Of a stretch of 64,000 nucleotides of DNA, positions 25,169 to 37,837 are shown piece after piece. Below the pieces are notes generated by a model, which worked only from the letters and a program-made list of their open reading frames with translations, made no database searches and was not told the origin of the DNA. Location of the stretch: positions 867,687 to 931,686 of the forward strand of contig MU054575.1 in NCBI GenBank assembly GCA_013239625.1, read 5' to 3'. The number at the start of each line of letters is the position of its first letter. The stretch's first letter is position 1. Source of the stretch: Lama guanicoe (Eukaryota). The position numbers and the translations under genes were made by a program.

Positions 25169-25447
25169 CTGTGGGGAGAGGAGGGGTCAGGGGTCTGTGC
25201 CCAAGCCCGGGGCTGAGCGGGCTGGGGTTCAGTCTGTGGGTCCCCTAAGGCCCCAGCACGGGAGGCGCAAGCGACGACTCCTGCCGCGCGCCTTAGCGGC
25301 GCGGCGATTGCGCGGCATCCAGTCTCCTCTCGACAGTGTCCCCTAGACGGGCAGGACCTCCCCGCGACGTCTGAGGTTGACATTGTCCCTCCCCCAGGAC
25401 CCCGAGCTGGCGGGCGGGCAGGCGGCCGGCACTCACCGCGGCGGCGC

Positions 25448-25843
25448 TCAGGGCGCGCGGGCCGTCCGGGTCTCGGGCTGCGCGGCGGGCGCGGCGCGCT
25501 CCTGGCGGCTGCGGAAGTCCTGCAGGGCGCGGCGGTTCTGGAAGTCGATGAGNNNNNNNNNNNNNNNNNNNNNNNNNNNNNNNNNNNNNNNNNNNNNNNN
25601 NNNNNNNNNNNNNNNNNNNNNNNNNNNNNNNNNNNNNNNNNNNNNNNNNNNNNNNNNNNNNNNNNNNNNNNNNNNNNNNNNNNNNNNNNNNNNNNNNNNN
25701 NNNNNNNNNNNNNNNNGACCGGTGGGGAACAGGCTCAGGCGGTCGGGGGTGAGTACGCCGCGCTTCTTCTTCCACAGCTGGAAAAGGCTGTCGCTTCGCT
25801 TCTCCAGCTCGCCCTCACGCAGCACCTCGCCGGGGGTCTTCAT
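25448..25843 (-). CDS. PHLDA2: Pleckstrin homology-like domain family A member 2 (single coding exon, 131 aa, middle in N gap)
   Basis: [40 protein letters not shown]...[19 protein letters not shown] matches PHLDA2; position between SLC22A18 and NAP1L4 is syntenic. Confidence 0.96.
   Translation of the reverse strand: MKTPGEVLREGELEKRSDSLFQLWKKKRGVLTPDRLSLFPTGXXXXXXXXXXXXXXXXXXXXXXXXXXXXXXXXXXXXXXXXXXXXXXXXXXXXXXXLIDFQNRRALQDFRSRQERAAPAAQPETRTARAP
25553..25716. other. Assembly gap (164 N)
   Basis: Run of N inside the PHLDA2 CDS. Confidence 1.
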
Positions 25844-25928
25844 GTCGGCCGGGTGCGGCGGGCGCGGCAGACGAGACGGCTCGACTGGTGGCGGCGCCGG
25901 CAGTGCGCTCCTTCGGCCCCGGGGCAGC

Positions 25929-26030
25929 CTTTATAGAGGCCCCGCCCCTCCCGCTCGGCCCCGCCCACCCCGTGCACGCCCCGCCCCGGCCACGCCCCGG
26001 CCCTTCCGCCCGCACCCCCGTCCTGAGCCC
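25929..26030 (-). promoter_or_regulatory. PHLDA2 core promoter: TATA box (TATAAAG at 25935-25929) plus GC boxes
   Basis: ctttata on + about 90 nt upstream of the ATG; several GGGCGG motifs upstream; lies in a CpG island at about 24990-26330. Confidence 0.75.
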
Positions 26031-26547
26031 AGCCCGCCCATGCCCCCCAAGTCTGGCCACCGCGAGGTTGCGCGCCGCATGCCGTCCCTGGGCCTCCCAA
26101 GGTCGCCCCCTCTCCCTTGCCTGCGGCCTGCGGGCCCCTACCCACCGCTCCTCCGGCGCCCCAGCCCCCCAGCTCCATGGGGCGATTCATGGTCCCCACC
26201 CCACCCCGGACGCCGGCCCCACGGAGGAATGTGCTGCGGCCGGCCCTGCCCGCGGTGACTCACTGCCTGGCAGCCCCGGGAAGTGCCCGCGGCTGGGGCC
26301 GGCCCGGGGCGCGGTGACGGCGGGTCCCAGACCCCTACCTTCCAGGAGCCCTGACACCCAGCCCTGCTGTTCAGGGCTTGTGGGGCAGATGGAGAACGCA
26401 GCCCCTGTTCCTCCCACACCCTTGGGGCCCTTTGCGGGAGACCCCCTGGTGCCCCAGCCCGCCTTCTGTCCCACCTAGCCACCCATCGTCCGCGCCTGGA
26501 AGGACCTGCCCTCTCTCCCCTGGGTCAGGCAGAACGGGAGAGCAGAT

Positions 26548-26650
26548 GTTCTGAGCTTCAGTTTTCCCTTCTGTAAAATGGGGACAGTGACACTTGTTAG
26601 ATTAGGTAACCCACGGAAAGTGCTGGAACAGCTCCCCACAGTGTCCAGTA
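26548..26650 (+). mobile_element. MIR fragment
   Basis: CTGAGCTTCAGTTTTCCCTTCTGTAAAATGGGGA..AAAGTGCT. Confidence 0.65.
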
Positions 26651-28598
26651 AGTGTGAGGGGAGGAGAGGCCGTTCCAGCTCCCTTCCTGGGGTCCGTGGC
26701 GGCTCTACGTCAGGGGAGGGAAGGAGGACGACTCCGACTGCGACTGCGACCGCGCCCGCGGGCGGGCGGGTAGACGGCCGGAGGTCCTGGGAGCCGAGGG
26801 GGCGCGGAGTGCATGGCGGGGAGCGGGGAAGGGGGTCGGCCGGCCCGCGGCGGGGCGGGAGCGGTGAGGGCGGCTGAATCATGGCCTACCAGCCGGACAA
26901 GCCTTTTTATTTACCCTCTTCCTTTAAAGGGTTTAATAGGAGCAGGAAGTGATCGCGGGCTCCTCCCGGGTTCCCAGGGGGTGGGGGTGGGGAGAGCCGG
27001 CAGAGACCTGGGGGGGCCCCCACCTTCAACACCGCACCGGGCTGTGAGCTGGGCTGGTGCTGTAAAGCAGACACAGCAGGGAAGGCCCTAGTGGCGTGGG
27101 GCTGTGAGAGCCACCCTAGCCCTGCAAAACGGAAACACAGGTGCCCTGGTTCCAAAAGTATTAACATTTTCAGGACGGTGACTGGTGACTGCCGAGCACA
27201 AAGCCAAGTGTGGGACGTTCTGGGTGCAGGCCCATTAGGCTGGCCCTACCTGCCCTCGCTGTGTGGCCTGGGGCAAGCCCCGTCCCTGGCCCTTCAGGGT
27301 CACCCTGAGGAATGAGGGTCACCTCTGGCTCAGAACAGGCCTGGGCAGATGGCAGGCAGGTGGCAGCTGCCCAGTGGTCCCCACCTGTGGGTCCAGAGGG
27401 CCTGTAGGAGGGCTGGGCAGCAGAGAGGGCAGAGGTGGGGCCCAGGACGAACATAGGGACGGCTGGTCAGTGTTCTGGTGGGGGTGGGGGAGGGAGCTGG
27501 AATCTGCAGGCCTGCAAGGTGTGGGAGGGAGCTGGCCAGAAGGTGAAGGCCGCACAGGGTGGGTAGGTGGTGGGGGAAAGGATCTCCCCTCGGGACAACA
27601 CAGGGCAGACTTGTAAGGTGGTAAGTTTCCCACAGCAGAGCTGGCCAGCCCATGACAGGCTAAGAGGATTCCAGCATCAGGCAGGGTGAGATGACTGACC
27701 CTCCATCCAGGGGCTCTGCCGCCTTGGGGCTTGGGCTGTGGCTGTGCTGAGGGGTCCTCTGGGCAGTGGGACCCGGGAAAGGCAGACCAGGGCGGAACTC
27801 TGTGCCGCTGCTCTCGGGAGCCACTGTGAGCCTTTGGGTGCCCGGCGCTCTGCCCGGACCCCCTCCGGGACCCACCAACAATCCCCAGCCCCCGAGGCCA
27901 GTCAGCAAAACCTCAGACACTGGCATTGCTTAAGCACCTACTGTGTGCCTGCAGGCCTGGCAGGTGCTAGGACCCTGAGGAGAGGGGAGGACCCCTGCCT
28001 GCCCTAGGGAGCACCAGGGTAGCTGTGAGGGAGCGGGGGCTGGGGGGCTGGGGCCAAGAGGATGGCTTGGAGGACTCCATGGGGAGGGCAGGCGCCAGAG
28101 AGGGTCCCTGAGGAGCCCAGGTCCATAAGGCTGTGAAGGCTTGCTAGGGGCTGGCGTTCCAGGCCTGTGCTGGGAGTGCACCCAAGGTGGGCATGCTTCT
28201 CAGCACATTTCACAGATGTGGGAGCTGCGGCCCCAGGGAGGAAGGGACAGGAGAGAGAGGAGCAGAGACAGGGCTTGAAAGTGCTGAGGAATGACCGAGC
28301 AAGAGGAGAGAAGTGAGCGCCCTTGAAGACAAGGTGAGGCCAGGGGAGCTGCCCCTCCCCACGCCCACCCCGCCCTGAGCTCCTCTCCTTGCCAGGTCTC
28401 TGGGGGAGGGGGCAGGAGTCGCTGCCCAGTGACCTCGGGGTGCCACTCTGACAGGTGGGCATCAGTGGGAGCTGGGGGGGCAGGTCGTAGCGGGTGGGGA
28501 GCCCACCACCCCTCTACCCAGGGGAGGTGGGGACGGCCACCCCCCAGGGGCCCCTGGGTCACTGATTCCACCCGCTCCGCCTCAGCAGCTCCTGTGAG

Positions 28599-28637
28599 GC
28601 CAAACCAGCATGAAGCCGCCAAACCAGCATGAAGCCG
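28599..28637. repeat. Perfect 19-bp tandem duplication
   Basis: (GCCAAACCAGCATGAAGCC)x2. Confidence 0.9.
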
Positions 28638-30799
28638 GAGCGAGGAGGGACCCTGTCCCCACCCCCAAGCAGGCCTGTCTGAGGCCCTCTGGAATGTAGG
28701 AGCCAAGAGCTGACTTTTCACCCACAGTGAGGACCTTCTAGGGGGATGCCCCCCCAAGGCCATTTGATACCTAGGACCTCAGAGGACCCACCAGGACGGA
28801 CCCCCTGGTGTGGATTCATTCAGGCTGCACCCGTAGGGAGCCACGCTCCCCGCTCCCCACCCCACGAAGGGTTCTAGCCAGGTTGGTACAGGAGAGGGAG
28901 GAGCCACTGGCCAGAGACAGGAGCGTGGCACCTGCAGGGAGGCCAACATGGCCCCGCCCAGCCGGCCTGGCCTCATGTCTCCCTCGTGGTCACTCCATGA
29001 GGTGGGGGTGCTTCCTTGGTTTTGCAGGGAACAGGGTAGGGATCTCAGAGAAGTTAAGGGACTCAGGAAGTGGCCTCCCCCAAGCAGCTGAGCTGGTTCT
29101 GGGTGGGGGTGTCTGGTGGCTGCTTCTCAGACGGGGAGGGGGCCACACTGGGCCTTGTCTCACGTCAGGCAGTGCTGATCTCGGCCAAGTTTACTAATAT
29201 TTATCCCAGGGCCGCATCCAGGATTCACCGGAGCCTGACTGAGGGAACTCCCCACAGGCAGACAGAGATGGTCCCCGAACACCCGTCTGGGGACACCTGC
29301 CATCCCGTCCAGCTGGGTGAGGATGTCAGGCAGCCTGGGCAGAGGCGAGGGCGCTTCTTTGAAACTCACCAGGTGAGGTCATTTCCACGGCGGTGACGAG
29401 GCCAGGCCCTCCAGGCTCTTACCCAACAAGCCGGGTGAACGGAAACCATGTGTCAGCAGCCCGGTGCCCGGGGCTCGATACCATACTCTTCCGGCTCCCC
29501 TACCTGGGTCCCCCTCCTCTTGCCTCTTCCAGGAAGCCCTCCCAGATTGCCAGGGCCACCCTAAGGCCTGCTCCCACCAATGACATAACTGCTGGGCCTT
29601 GGGGTCCCGTTTAGGGCGAGCCTGAGGAGGAGGGCGGGGGAGGCCCTAGCTGCCGGGAGTTGCAGCACCTGAGAGGTGGCCTGATGCCACCTGACCTGAG
29701 CCCAACATCACCCGTTGGCTGTGGCCTGTAACTCAGGCCTGCCCTCAGTCCCTCTCCTCAAAGCCGCGGCCTGGGAAAAGTGAGCGGTCCAAGGGCGGGA
29801 GGCAGGAGGCCTGTCCCCACTTGGTTCCAGGCTCTCACTGTCAGCCTGGCCTTGGCCCCCCAGGGCTGTGTCCCTTGTCCCTGTCTGGCTCCCTGAGCCC
29901 CTCAGCTGTAGTCTGACTGGCAGGCCCCGCCTTACTGGGCCCTGAGGATCGAATGAGACTGACACTGCACCTTCCTCCTCCTCGGCCCCTGTCAAGCTCC
30001 TGTTCACCCCTCAGGACCCTGCTCAGGAGTCACTATCAGCTCCTGGAATGCAGTGACATTCTAGTCTTCGGGAACCTCCCGGCCCAGCCTGGGCACTCAG
30101 GAAATGTTTCTGGAAATGGGTGGACCTGAAAAGCATCCATCTGCCTGTCCGAGACTCCCCACTCTGGGCAGAGCAACCGACGTGGGGATCATTTGTTTGT
30201 CTGTGGAACCGAAACAGCTGGTGGTGGGGGTTGTCGGGGGGCGGGACCGGGCCAGGCAGGCTCAGGCCTGGGGGGCAGAGGGGAGGGGCCTCTCCCATCA
30301 CCACAGAATGGACGGGGAGAGGGGGGAGCCGCTGGCATTCTCGTCACTGAGCAGACTGCCCAGGGCCTGGTTCACGGGGACAAGAGACCTTTCTGGAAGC
30401 TTGAATGAACGAGTGAACGAAATACAGGAAAGGAGGAGGGTGGAGGTGGACGAGGCATGGCCGCCACCCTCTGAGTAGTGGCCAGCCCTCGCGGCAGCTG
30501 GGCGGCACCACCACAGGACAGGCAGGGCGCCCACCCTGACCTCCAGCGTCCGGTGCAGCTGGGCTGGGACAGGGCTCTGTCATGTGTATTTTAATCAAAT
30601 TCTTTCCAAAAGAAAGTTATCAAAATAGTAACAAAGTGTTGACACAAAAAAGTAAAAAATCGCTGAATGATTTCAAAGTTTTGAGTCATCACCTCTCATG
30701 ATCCCATCCCAGGCCCACTTGACGTAGCGAGTGACTTTTGATCTTTTAAATTTATTTTTAGTTAAAACATTTAATGGTCCTTTTTAAAAGATGCATTTG

Positions 30800-31378
30800 C
30801 ATTTCCTCAAAAAAATTAAGACTAGAGTCACCATGTGACCTAGCAGCTCCACTGCTGCATGTGTCCCCCAGACGTGAACGCAGGGACCTGAGGTGCTTGC
30901 CCACCCAGGTTCACAGCAGCATCATTCACGACGGCCAGGAGGTGGAGGCCACCCAAGTGTCCCCTGATGGGTGAATGGATGCACAAAATGTGGTCCAGCC
31001 ACACGACGGGGTATTACTGAGACGTGAAAAGGAAGGAAATGCTGACCCGGGACACAGTGCCGATGAAACGTGGGGACGTGATGCTCAGCGAAACAAGCCA
31101 GACACAGAAGGACGAATCCTGTCTGATGCCACTCACGCTCATGTGTGCCCCCAGAGGCACCAAATTCATAGTCGGACAGTCGGATGGTGGGGGCAGGGGT
31201 GGGGAGTGAGTGTTTCATGGGGACAGTTTCAGTTTGGTAAGACAAAAGACGTTCTGGAGACAGACAGTGATGATGGCCGCACAGTACTGTGAATGAACTT
31301 AACGCCACTGAGCTGTGTGCCTAGAAATGGTTAAGATGGTAAATTGTATGTTACGTATGTTTTACCATAGTTAAGAAA
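30800..31378 (+). mobile_element. Old L1 (L1M/L1MB-type) 3' fragment
   Basis: Typical ORF2-end/3' UTR motifs: CACAGCAGCATCATTCAC, GAATGGAT..AAAATGTGG, AAGCCAGACACAGAAGGAC, AAATGGTTAAGATGGTAAATT.TATGTTA. Confidence 0.8.
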
Positions 31379-31431
31379 CTGTGCGTCTGCCATCTTTGTC
31401 GTGCACATCCTTGTGTCTGTTTGAGAGCCTC

Positions 31432-31840
31432 TGGAGTGGGTTGATGGTCCCCAGAGGTGTGTCCGTGTCCTCACCCCCACTGACTGTGACTTACATGGTA
31501 GAAGAGTGACTGTTACCTTGTACGGCAAGAGATACGATTAGATGATTAAATTCAAGAGCTTGAAAGGAGGCGCTGGTCTTGGATTACCCAGGGGGCTGAA
31601 TGCCATCACAGCTGTTCTTATCAGAGATACACTGGAGACAGAGGCTGGAGGGATGTGGCCACAGCCCCGAGACAGCTGGAACCTCTAAAGCTGGAAGGTT
31701 CCGGAAGGATCCTTCCCTAGAGCCCTGCCAACATCTTGATTTTGGATGTCCGACCTTCAGAACCACGAGTGTAAATTTCTGTTGTTTTAAGCACCACAGT
31801 TTGTGGTCATTTGTCACAGCCACCCCAGGACAATGATACA
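31432..31840 (+). mobile_element. MLT1-type (ERVL-MaLR) solo LTR
   Basis: CTTGGATTACCCAGG..., CCCTAGAGCC, TAAATTTCTGTTGTTTTAAGC.ACCACAGTTTGTGGTCATTTGT..., ends ATACA. Confidence 0.8.
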
Positions 31841-32604
31841 GCCCCCAGGCAGTCGGTGCTGACCCTGCCCTCCCTCTCATACAGCCCTCCCCCTCCCCTG
31901 GGACTGGAGCACACAGTCTAGTGGCAGATGAGGACCAGACAAAGGTGATGGGGTCATTAGCCGGCCATGGGTGGTGAGGTCAAGGCTTCCTAGGGATACG
32001 GGTGACTTTTGAGCTGGGTTTTCGAGGATGAACAGGAGTTCTCCACATCCCCTGGCTTGCCCTGGGCATGGGCTCAGAGCTAGACGTCCAGTGTGCTCTG
32101 CGGAAGTCTGAAAATCCAGACGGAAACACTGCCTGTCTCAGGTGGGGAGCCTGAGGCCAGGTCTTCCTGGCCCTAGACTCGGAGCCTGAATGGATGTGGA
32201 TGGCGGGAGGCGGAGGTGCCCTGACAACCTGAGTCCAGCTTGTGTGGCTGAGAGGATGGATGATCTCCGACCCAGACAGTGAGGAGAGGTTTGGGAGCTG
32301 CCTGAGATGGGGGAGCACTAGTGGGGAGGGGCTGGTCAGAGGGGCCCGCCTGGCCCCTCCTCTGGTGGAGACGCTGGTTCCTTTGGCCCATCAGCCTCTC
32401 TCTCACTCGGCACTTTGCCGGGTGTCCTGGCCCAGGCTTCTTGGGCCCCCTATCCAGGCATCTCATGCTCTGAACAGTGTCCCCTCCCTACCTCCCACTT
32501 TGCAGGCCAGAGGCCTTGGGACCCCCTCCCCTGCTCCCACCTCTCCTATGCCTCTTCTGCCACCCCTTCCCATCCCAGCCTCTAGCCTGGCCACCCGTGG
32601 CCAT

Positions 32605-32830
32605 CCACATGCGTGCCCTGGGGGCACTGCGACAGATGACAACATGCCTGGGGGCCTGGAACAACACAGATCTACTACCTTCCAGCTCTGGAGATCAGAC
32701 CCAGCCCAGCCCCATCCTGAGCCCTCTGCTGAGGAGCTGGGAGTGGCCCCTGGGCCTGGCCCCCACCCAGTCTCCCCCTGTTCTTCTCAGAGCCCCTCTG
32801 CCCCGCTGTCTGAGGGGACCCCAAGGACAG
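32605..32830 (-). mobile_element. Degenerate MLT1-type LTR fragment
   Basis: CCTGGGGGCCTGGAACAACACAGATCTACT..CAGCTCTGGAG resembles the MLT1 3' end in reverse. Confidence 0.45.
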
Positions 32831-35800
32831 GGCCAGGGTGCCCCTCAAGATCCCCTCCCCCACCTCCACTGCAGAGCTGGTAAGGGGCTCGTCCAGGTCA
32901 CAGCGGCTCACAGCCTGGGGGTCCAGATGCTCACTTCTCAAGGGTCGTGGTCCTCAGCAGGGGAAGCCCTGGTTGCTCTGCTGGGATCTTCCAGCTGCTG
33001 CGGAAAATGGGGCAGCCGTAGGGTAAAGACAAAAAGGCCCAGACATGCACTTTGGAGCCTCCGTGTCCCCCAGCTTGGCCCCAGACTCGCTGAGGCCGAG
33101 GGCCTTGACCTCCCGACAGGCTCCCAGCCGGCAGGCACTGGGGAGGCCGGCGAGGGCAGCCCTGGCCTCGCACACCCGGCCTTCCTCTCCCGAGTCCCCA
33201 GGGTGGCAGGTGGTGGTTGTCCTCCTGTCTCAGATGCAGAAACTGAGTCCCAGGGAGGCTGGGGTGTGGCCGACACTCCCAGACTTCTGGAGGAGCCCCG
33301 GGGAGCACCCCTGCCCCAGCGGAAGGAGCCCATGGAGGATGTGTCTGTAGGGCCCAACCTGTCCTCCTGGGCCTGGAGGAGGGCCCCAGACCCCGCGAGC
33401 TCAGAGCCAAGTTGGGCGGGGCTGGGCCAGGCCTGTTAGGTCGTCATGGAAAGTAACATCCGGCCACCACCCTGAGCTGAGTCTACGTGGCCAGGCTGGC
33501 CCAGTGGTGACATCGCTGGCGGGCAGGGGCTCCGCCCAGACGCACCAAGGTGACTTGGCCTCAGGGGTGTGTGTCCAGGCCTCACCTGCCTGGTAGCCTG
33601 AGGAAGGGTCGTGCTGAAAGGGGGCCCTGGGGTCAGCGCCTGGTGGGAGTCCTCGCTGTGGCCCAAGTCGACCACGGTCAGAGGCCCCACCTCCAAGGCT
33701 CAGGGGCTGTAAGGAGGGTCCCAGGCATGCGAGGGTGCCCAGAGAACCACACCAAATTCAGAGGAACTGAAAGTCCAACCTGGGCCAGAGAGGGAGCACC
33801 TGCTGTCAGGGCCTGGGGTCACAGGCTCCCGCTTGCCACGTGGCTCTGCCCTCTGAGGCTGAGGCTGGGGAGGACACGGCTGCCTCCAAAGGAAGGAAGC
33901 TGGGAAGTCATTCCGCTCGGAAGGGCTCGGAGGCACGGGCCAAAGTCCAGGTGTGGCTGCGCTGGGCAGGCCAGCGGGCAGGGAGCCAAGGGCCACCCAC
34001 ACTAGGGCCAGTGCCCTCCAGCCAGGCCCAGCGCCCAGGACGGACCCTTCTTCAACCAGGGGCTCCCTCAAGGCATAGCTGGAGGTAGCAGCTTGCCCAC
34101 TGGGCCCACTGGGCGCTCCTGGGAGGCAGGGGAGGTGGTCCCAGCAGAGGGCAGGTCAGGGGTCAGCAGCACTTCCAGCCCAAGGGCTTCGCCCTCCCAC
34201 CCGGCCTGGCCTCCCACCTCGGGGGCAAGGCTTGGTGAGGGGGCATCTCCAGGTCAAAGTGCCCAGGGAGCAGGAGCCGTGGGGCTGAGACAGTCTGGTC
34301 CCGTGGTGGCCTGGACTCGAGGGAGGGAGCCCTGGGGCCTGGGAAGGTGCTGCGCGCACGATGGGGTGGGTCCACTTGGCCCCTGTTCCATGATGTGGGG
34401 GCCCTGAGCCAACACAGCAGACCAGCTGCCGGGGCCGGGGGAGGGGGGGTGCTCGAGAGAACTGTTCCCTACGCCAGGGCAGGCCCCGGGTGCCGGAACG
34501 CCCAACCCCTAAGGGGGAGACCATTAGGAAGTGCCCTAACGTGGGGGCTTTTAAGAAACCAGCTTCACTGAGGTACGGTTTATAAACGGACCCACTTGAG
34601 GGAGCTTCCCCCACCGCGCGGCCCCTCCCTTCCCTCAGACAGCGCCCCGGCCAGCCCCAGGCCCACCCCTCGGCAGCCACGCTCCCCACACAGGCCTGGA
34701 AAGTTTGGATGCCACAGAGAAGGGCCGCCCCAAGCCCCGCGCAGGTGACACTTCTGAGATCCCGGTGCTGTGGGCTTCCTATTGCCGAGGGTCCGAGAGG
34801 GGCACAGCCACTGCTCTCGCCCACCTTTAACTGCTGGCCACTGGTGGACGTGTCCACACTGCCTAGGGCCCCTGCTCCCCGAGACCCTGCCACAGGGCCC
34901 AGTGCCTCCCAGAAGTGGGGGTGCCAAGACCAGCACAGGACAGAAACCAGAAAGGGAAGCTGAGCCCAGTCAGTCCCTTGGTTTTGAGCGTGCGTGACAG
35001 GTAAGCCAGGCCATGTCTCCAACAGCTCGGGCAGCCTGGGGCCAGTAACCCAGGGAGCAGGGAGGCAGAGCCGTGGGGTGAGAGCATCATCAAAGTGGCG
35101 CCCAGAGGGGGGCCCTCCTCATCTAGGGGCAGTCCAGGGGCCCAGTGCGGACAGAGGCAGAGGGCTGACCAGGCAGCCTGGGCGGCATACCCTGCAAAGC
35201 TGACCCAGCTTGCACCCCCTACCCAAGCAGGAGTGCCTCCTCCCCCCGCCCCCCAGCTGATGGCTCCAGGCAAACCTACTGGATACTCCATGACATACAG
35301 CAGGAGTGGCAGGGACTGAACAAGCCTGAGGGCCTCTGCACTTTCAAGGTCCTGGCAACAATGGGGATGGGGCACACGGGGCTCTCAGAGGCACTGGAGG
35401 GTCCCACAGGAGGGGACTGGCTGAGGGGAGGTCGGAGCCATGGCACATGGGGTGGCACCAATGCTCAGGGCTTCGGGCTGCGGCCTTGCCACCCGAGTGT
35501 ACCTGGAACGGCCGACTGACAGCCTGAGGCCAGGAGGCCCCCGGCCTGCACAGCAGCCTCACACACTTCGTACCCCACAGGGGAGAGAAAACCCAGCACC
35601 TCTGAGCACGGCCCTCCCCCTGCTCCCATCTGTACTGACCTGACATCAGGACACTTTGCTTGGGCACTATGCCACGTGGGTCACCACAGAGAACGCAGAG
35701 AGGGAGCCACCCTGGTGGGCCCGTAGCCTCCAGACGTGATGACCGTGGCCTCGCGCAGCCATGCGCCTCTCAACGCACCACAGAGAGTGTTCTCATAAGG

Positions 35801-36796
35801 ATGTGGGCGCCCTCGAGCTTTGTGGCCACAGTCGGTCCACTGTGGGCGTGTGGGGACCGACTCATCACTCCTGGGAAGTGAGGGCTGCCCCCTTGGGGCC
35901 CGTGTAAGCTGCGGGAGCGCACCCGGCCCCTGTGCCCGCACACTCCGGGCTGAAGGCCTGCCATAAGTCACACCTCTCTGGAAACCCTACCAGCTGCCCG
36001 GAAGAGGCTCGGAGTCCACACCCCCGCTCCGTCCTCTCAGGCTGTCCCCGCAACTCACCAAACCCCCAGCACCCTCGCCTCTTCTCAGCAGCCATCGGGG
36101 CAGGGTTGGGGCAGGCCTGGGGAGGCTCACCGCAGCCCCCCTGCCAGGGGGTCCGACACCACGCTCGCCTGGGTACCTCAGGGGGGCAGCGCTCCCTCTC
36201 CCTCTGGCTCTGGTCACCTTGGGCTCAGCCGTGCCGGGCGCTTCCTGCTCCTTCTCGTGGCCAGTACTCTCTCCCTCTGGCCGTTGCCAGGGAGAAGCCG
36301 GCCCCTCAGGAAGGCCAGCACCAGGGGAGCTGGACACTGGCCCCCGCGGAGCAGGGGGCGGCCCTGCCAAGGGCGGTCCCAGGGTCAGGAACTGGAGTGA
36401 GAGCCCTGGCAGCAGGTGTTTCTGGGAAAAGCGCTCCCTCCTGTGAAGAGGGAGGAGCCACCAGGGAAGCCCCAACAAGACGACAGAGCAAATACGGCCT
36501 TCAGGCAGGAAGTGTCCCTCCTGGAACCTTCTGACCAAAAAGGCAAAACCCCATAAGCGCTGGAAACAGGGGGAACGCTTCCTTAAGGTAGCAGAGAGCC
36601 CACCTGGGGACCCCAGACCCACCCCAGTGAAGTGGCCTCTTCCTAAAGACTGGCTTCAGAAGCCTCAGAAACAAAACAGAAAACCAGGGGGCTGCGTGAC
36701 CACACCTGGCGCTGCCGTGAGGGGAGCAGGCCGGCACCCCCGCCCGCTCCGCCCAGCAAGAAAGGCATGCACAGTGCTGGCTTCATGTTTCACAAC

Positions 36797-36802
36797 TTTA
36801 AT
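36797..36802 (-). terminator. NAP1L4 polyadenylation signal ATTAAA
   Basis: tttaat on +; AT-rich block with upstream UGUA elements, about 1 kb after the stop. Confidence 0.7.
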
Positions 36803-37837
36803 AGAATATTCTAACTATTCTGTACAAATTGAAAACACTGTATTCAGTTACAAATGTGTGGTAAGTAAGGCTCAGCACCCTACAGGCCTGGCCACAGCGT
36901 GGACACAGCGCCCCCTGCTGCCAGCGGCCGCAGTCGCACCCTTGGAAACCCACACGCCAGCCAAGAACAGGTTGCTCCCAACCCAGGGCTTTTAAGACAA
37001 GATGAAGGTGGGGCCAAGAAATGGGAGCTGCTGAGAAAGCAGAACATTTACACACTGAACGGAAAGGCTCTCCTCCCCAGCCCGAGCCCCGCACCACAAG
37101 GACTGGCAGATCCCGGCTCTGCCCTATGGCCCGCGTGTCGTGGGGACCGGCTCCTGCTGCCGGCAGCTTCCTCCATGCAGGCCTCGTCCCGTAGGAGCCG
37201 GACCACTTCCCGCGCAGGGCACCAGGTCTCCAGTCGCAAACCTGGTTTCAGAAACTCTAAGCACAAGCGACAGCGTGCGTCCCAAGCCCTCACCAGCGTG
37301 AAAGGGTAAATAAATACGAGATGAACCACAAGAGCTCGTGCCTCAGGGTCAGTGGGCGCCACAACCCCAGGCCCGCCCGAGAAAAGCGAAGCCCAGGAAA
37401 GGACAGTGAGAGGAGAGCGCCACTCCGCCGGCTCCCCCGACAGTTGGCATGGCGGGAAAACGGCGTGTGGGTCCTTCAAATGAAACAAGAGTCCGGCCCG
37501 ATGGCGGGAGAGGGGTAACCGGCTCCAGAGGCCCTGGAACCACATCCCCGGACACGTGCCCCTGGCGTCTACCCTGTGTGGTCTGTGCCACCCCCCACCC
37601 CCGGCGGGGCCTGGCAGGTCCACTGAGCTGCGCCCAAGGCGGTAGAGGGTGCTAGAATTAAACCTCCTATTTCTGAAATGCATCTGAGTTACCACTGTAC
37701 AGGTTAAGCAAAATAATAAAGTAAAAGGAGAAGTTAAGTGAAAACCATGCACTTGGAAGCGAGTTAGAGCTGAGCACTGTCAGGTCGCGGGTCGGCGCAG
37801 AGCTGACGACGTGCGGCGGCCACACCCGCGGGGCGTC

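Noticed and set aside
25377-26258. 293-aa + strand ORF over PHLDA2
   Set aside because: Antisense shadow of a GC-rich CDS and CpG island, extended artificially through the N gap
24990-26330. TGCCGC (ZFP57) motifs suggesting a germline imprinting control region
   Set aside because: Only scattered copies, as expected in a CpG island; the known control region KvDMR1 lies in KCNQ1, outside this window
32242-36622. Long intergenic ORFs (e.g. 32477..33439 320 aa, 34156..35022 288 aa, 35987..36622)
   Set aside because: Pro/Gly/Arg/Ser-rich, often non-ATG starts, overlap repeat remnants, no recognisable domain; expected by chance in GC-rich DNA
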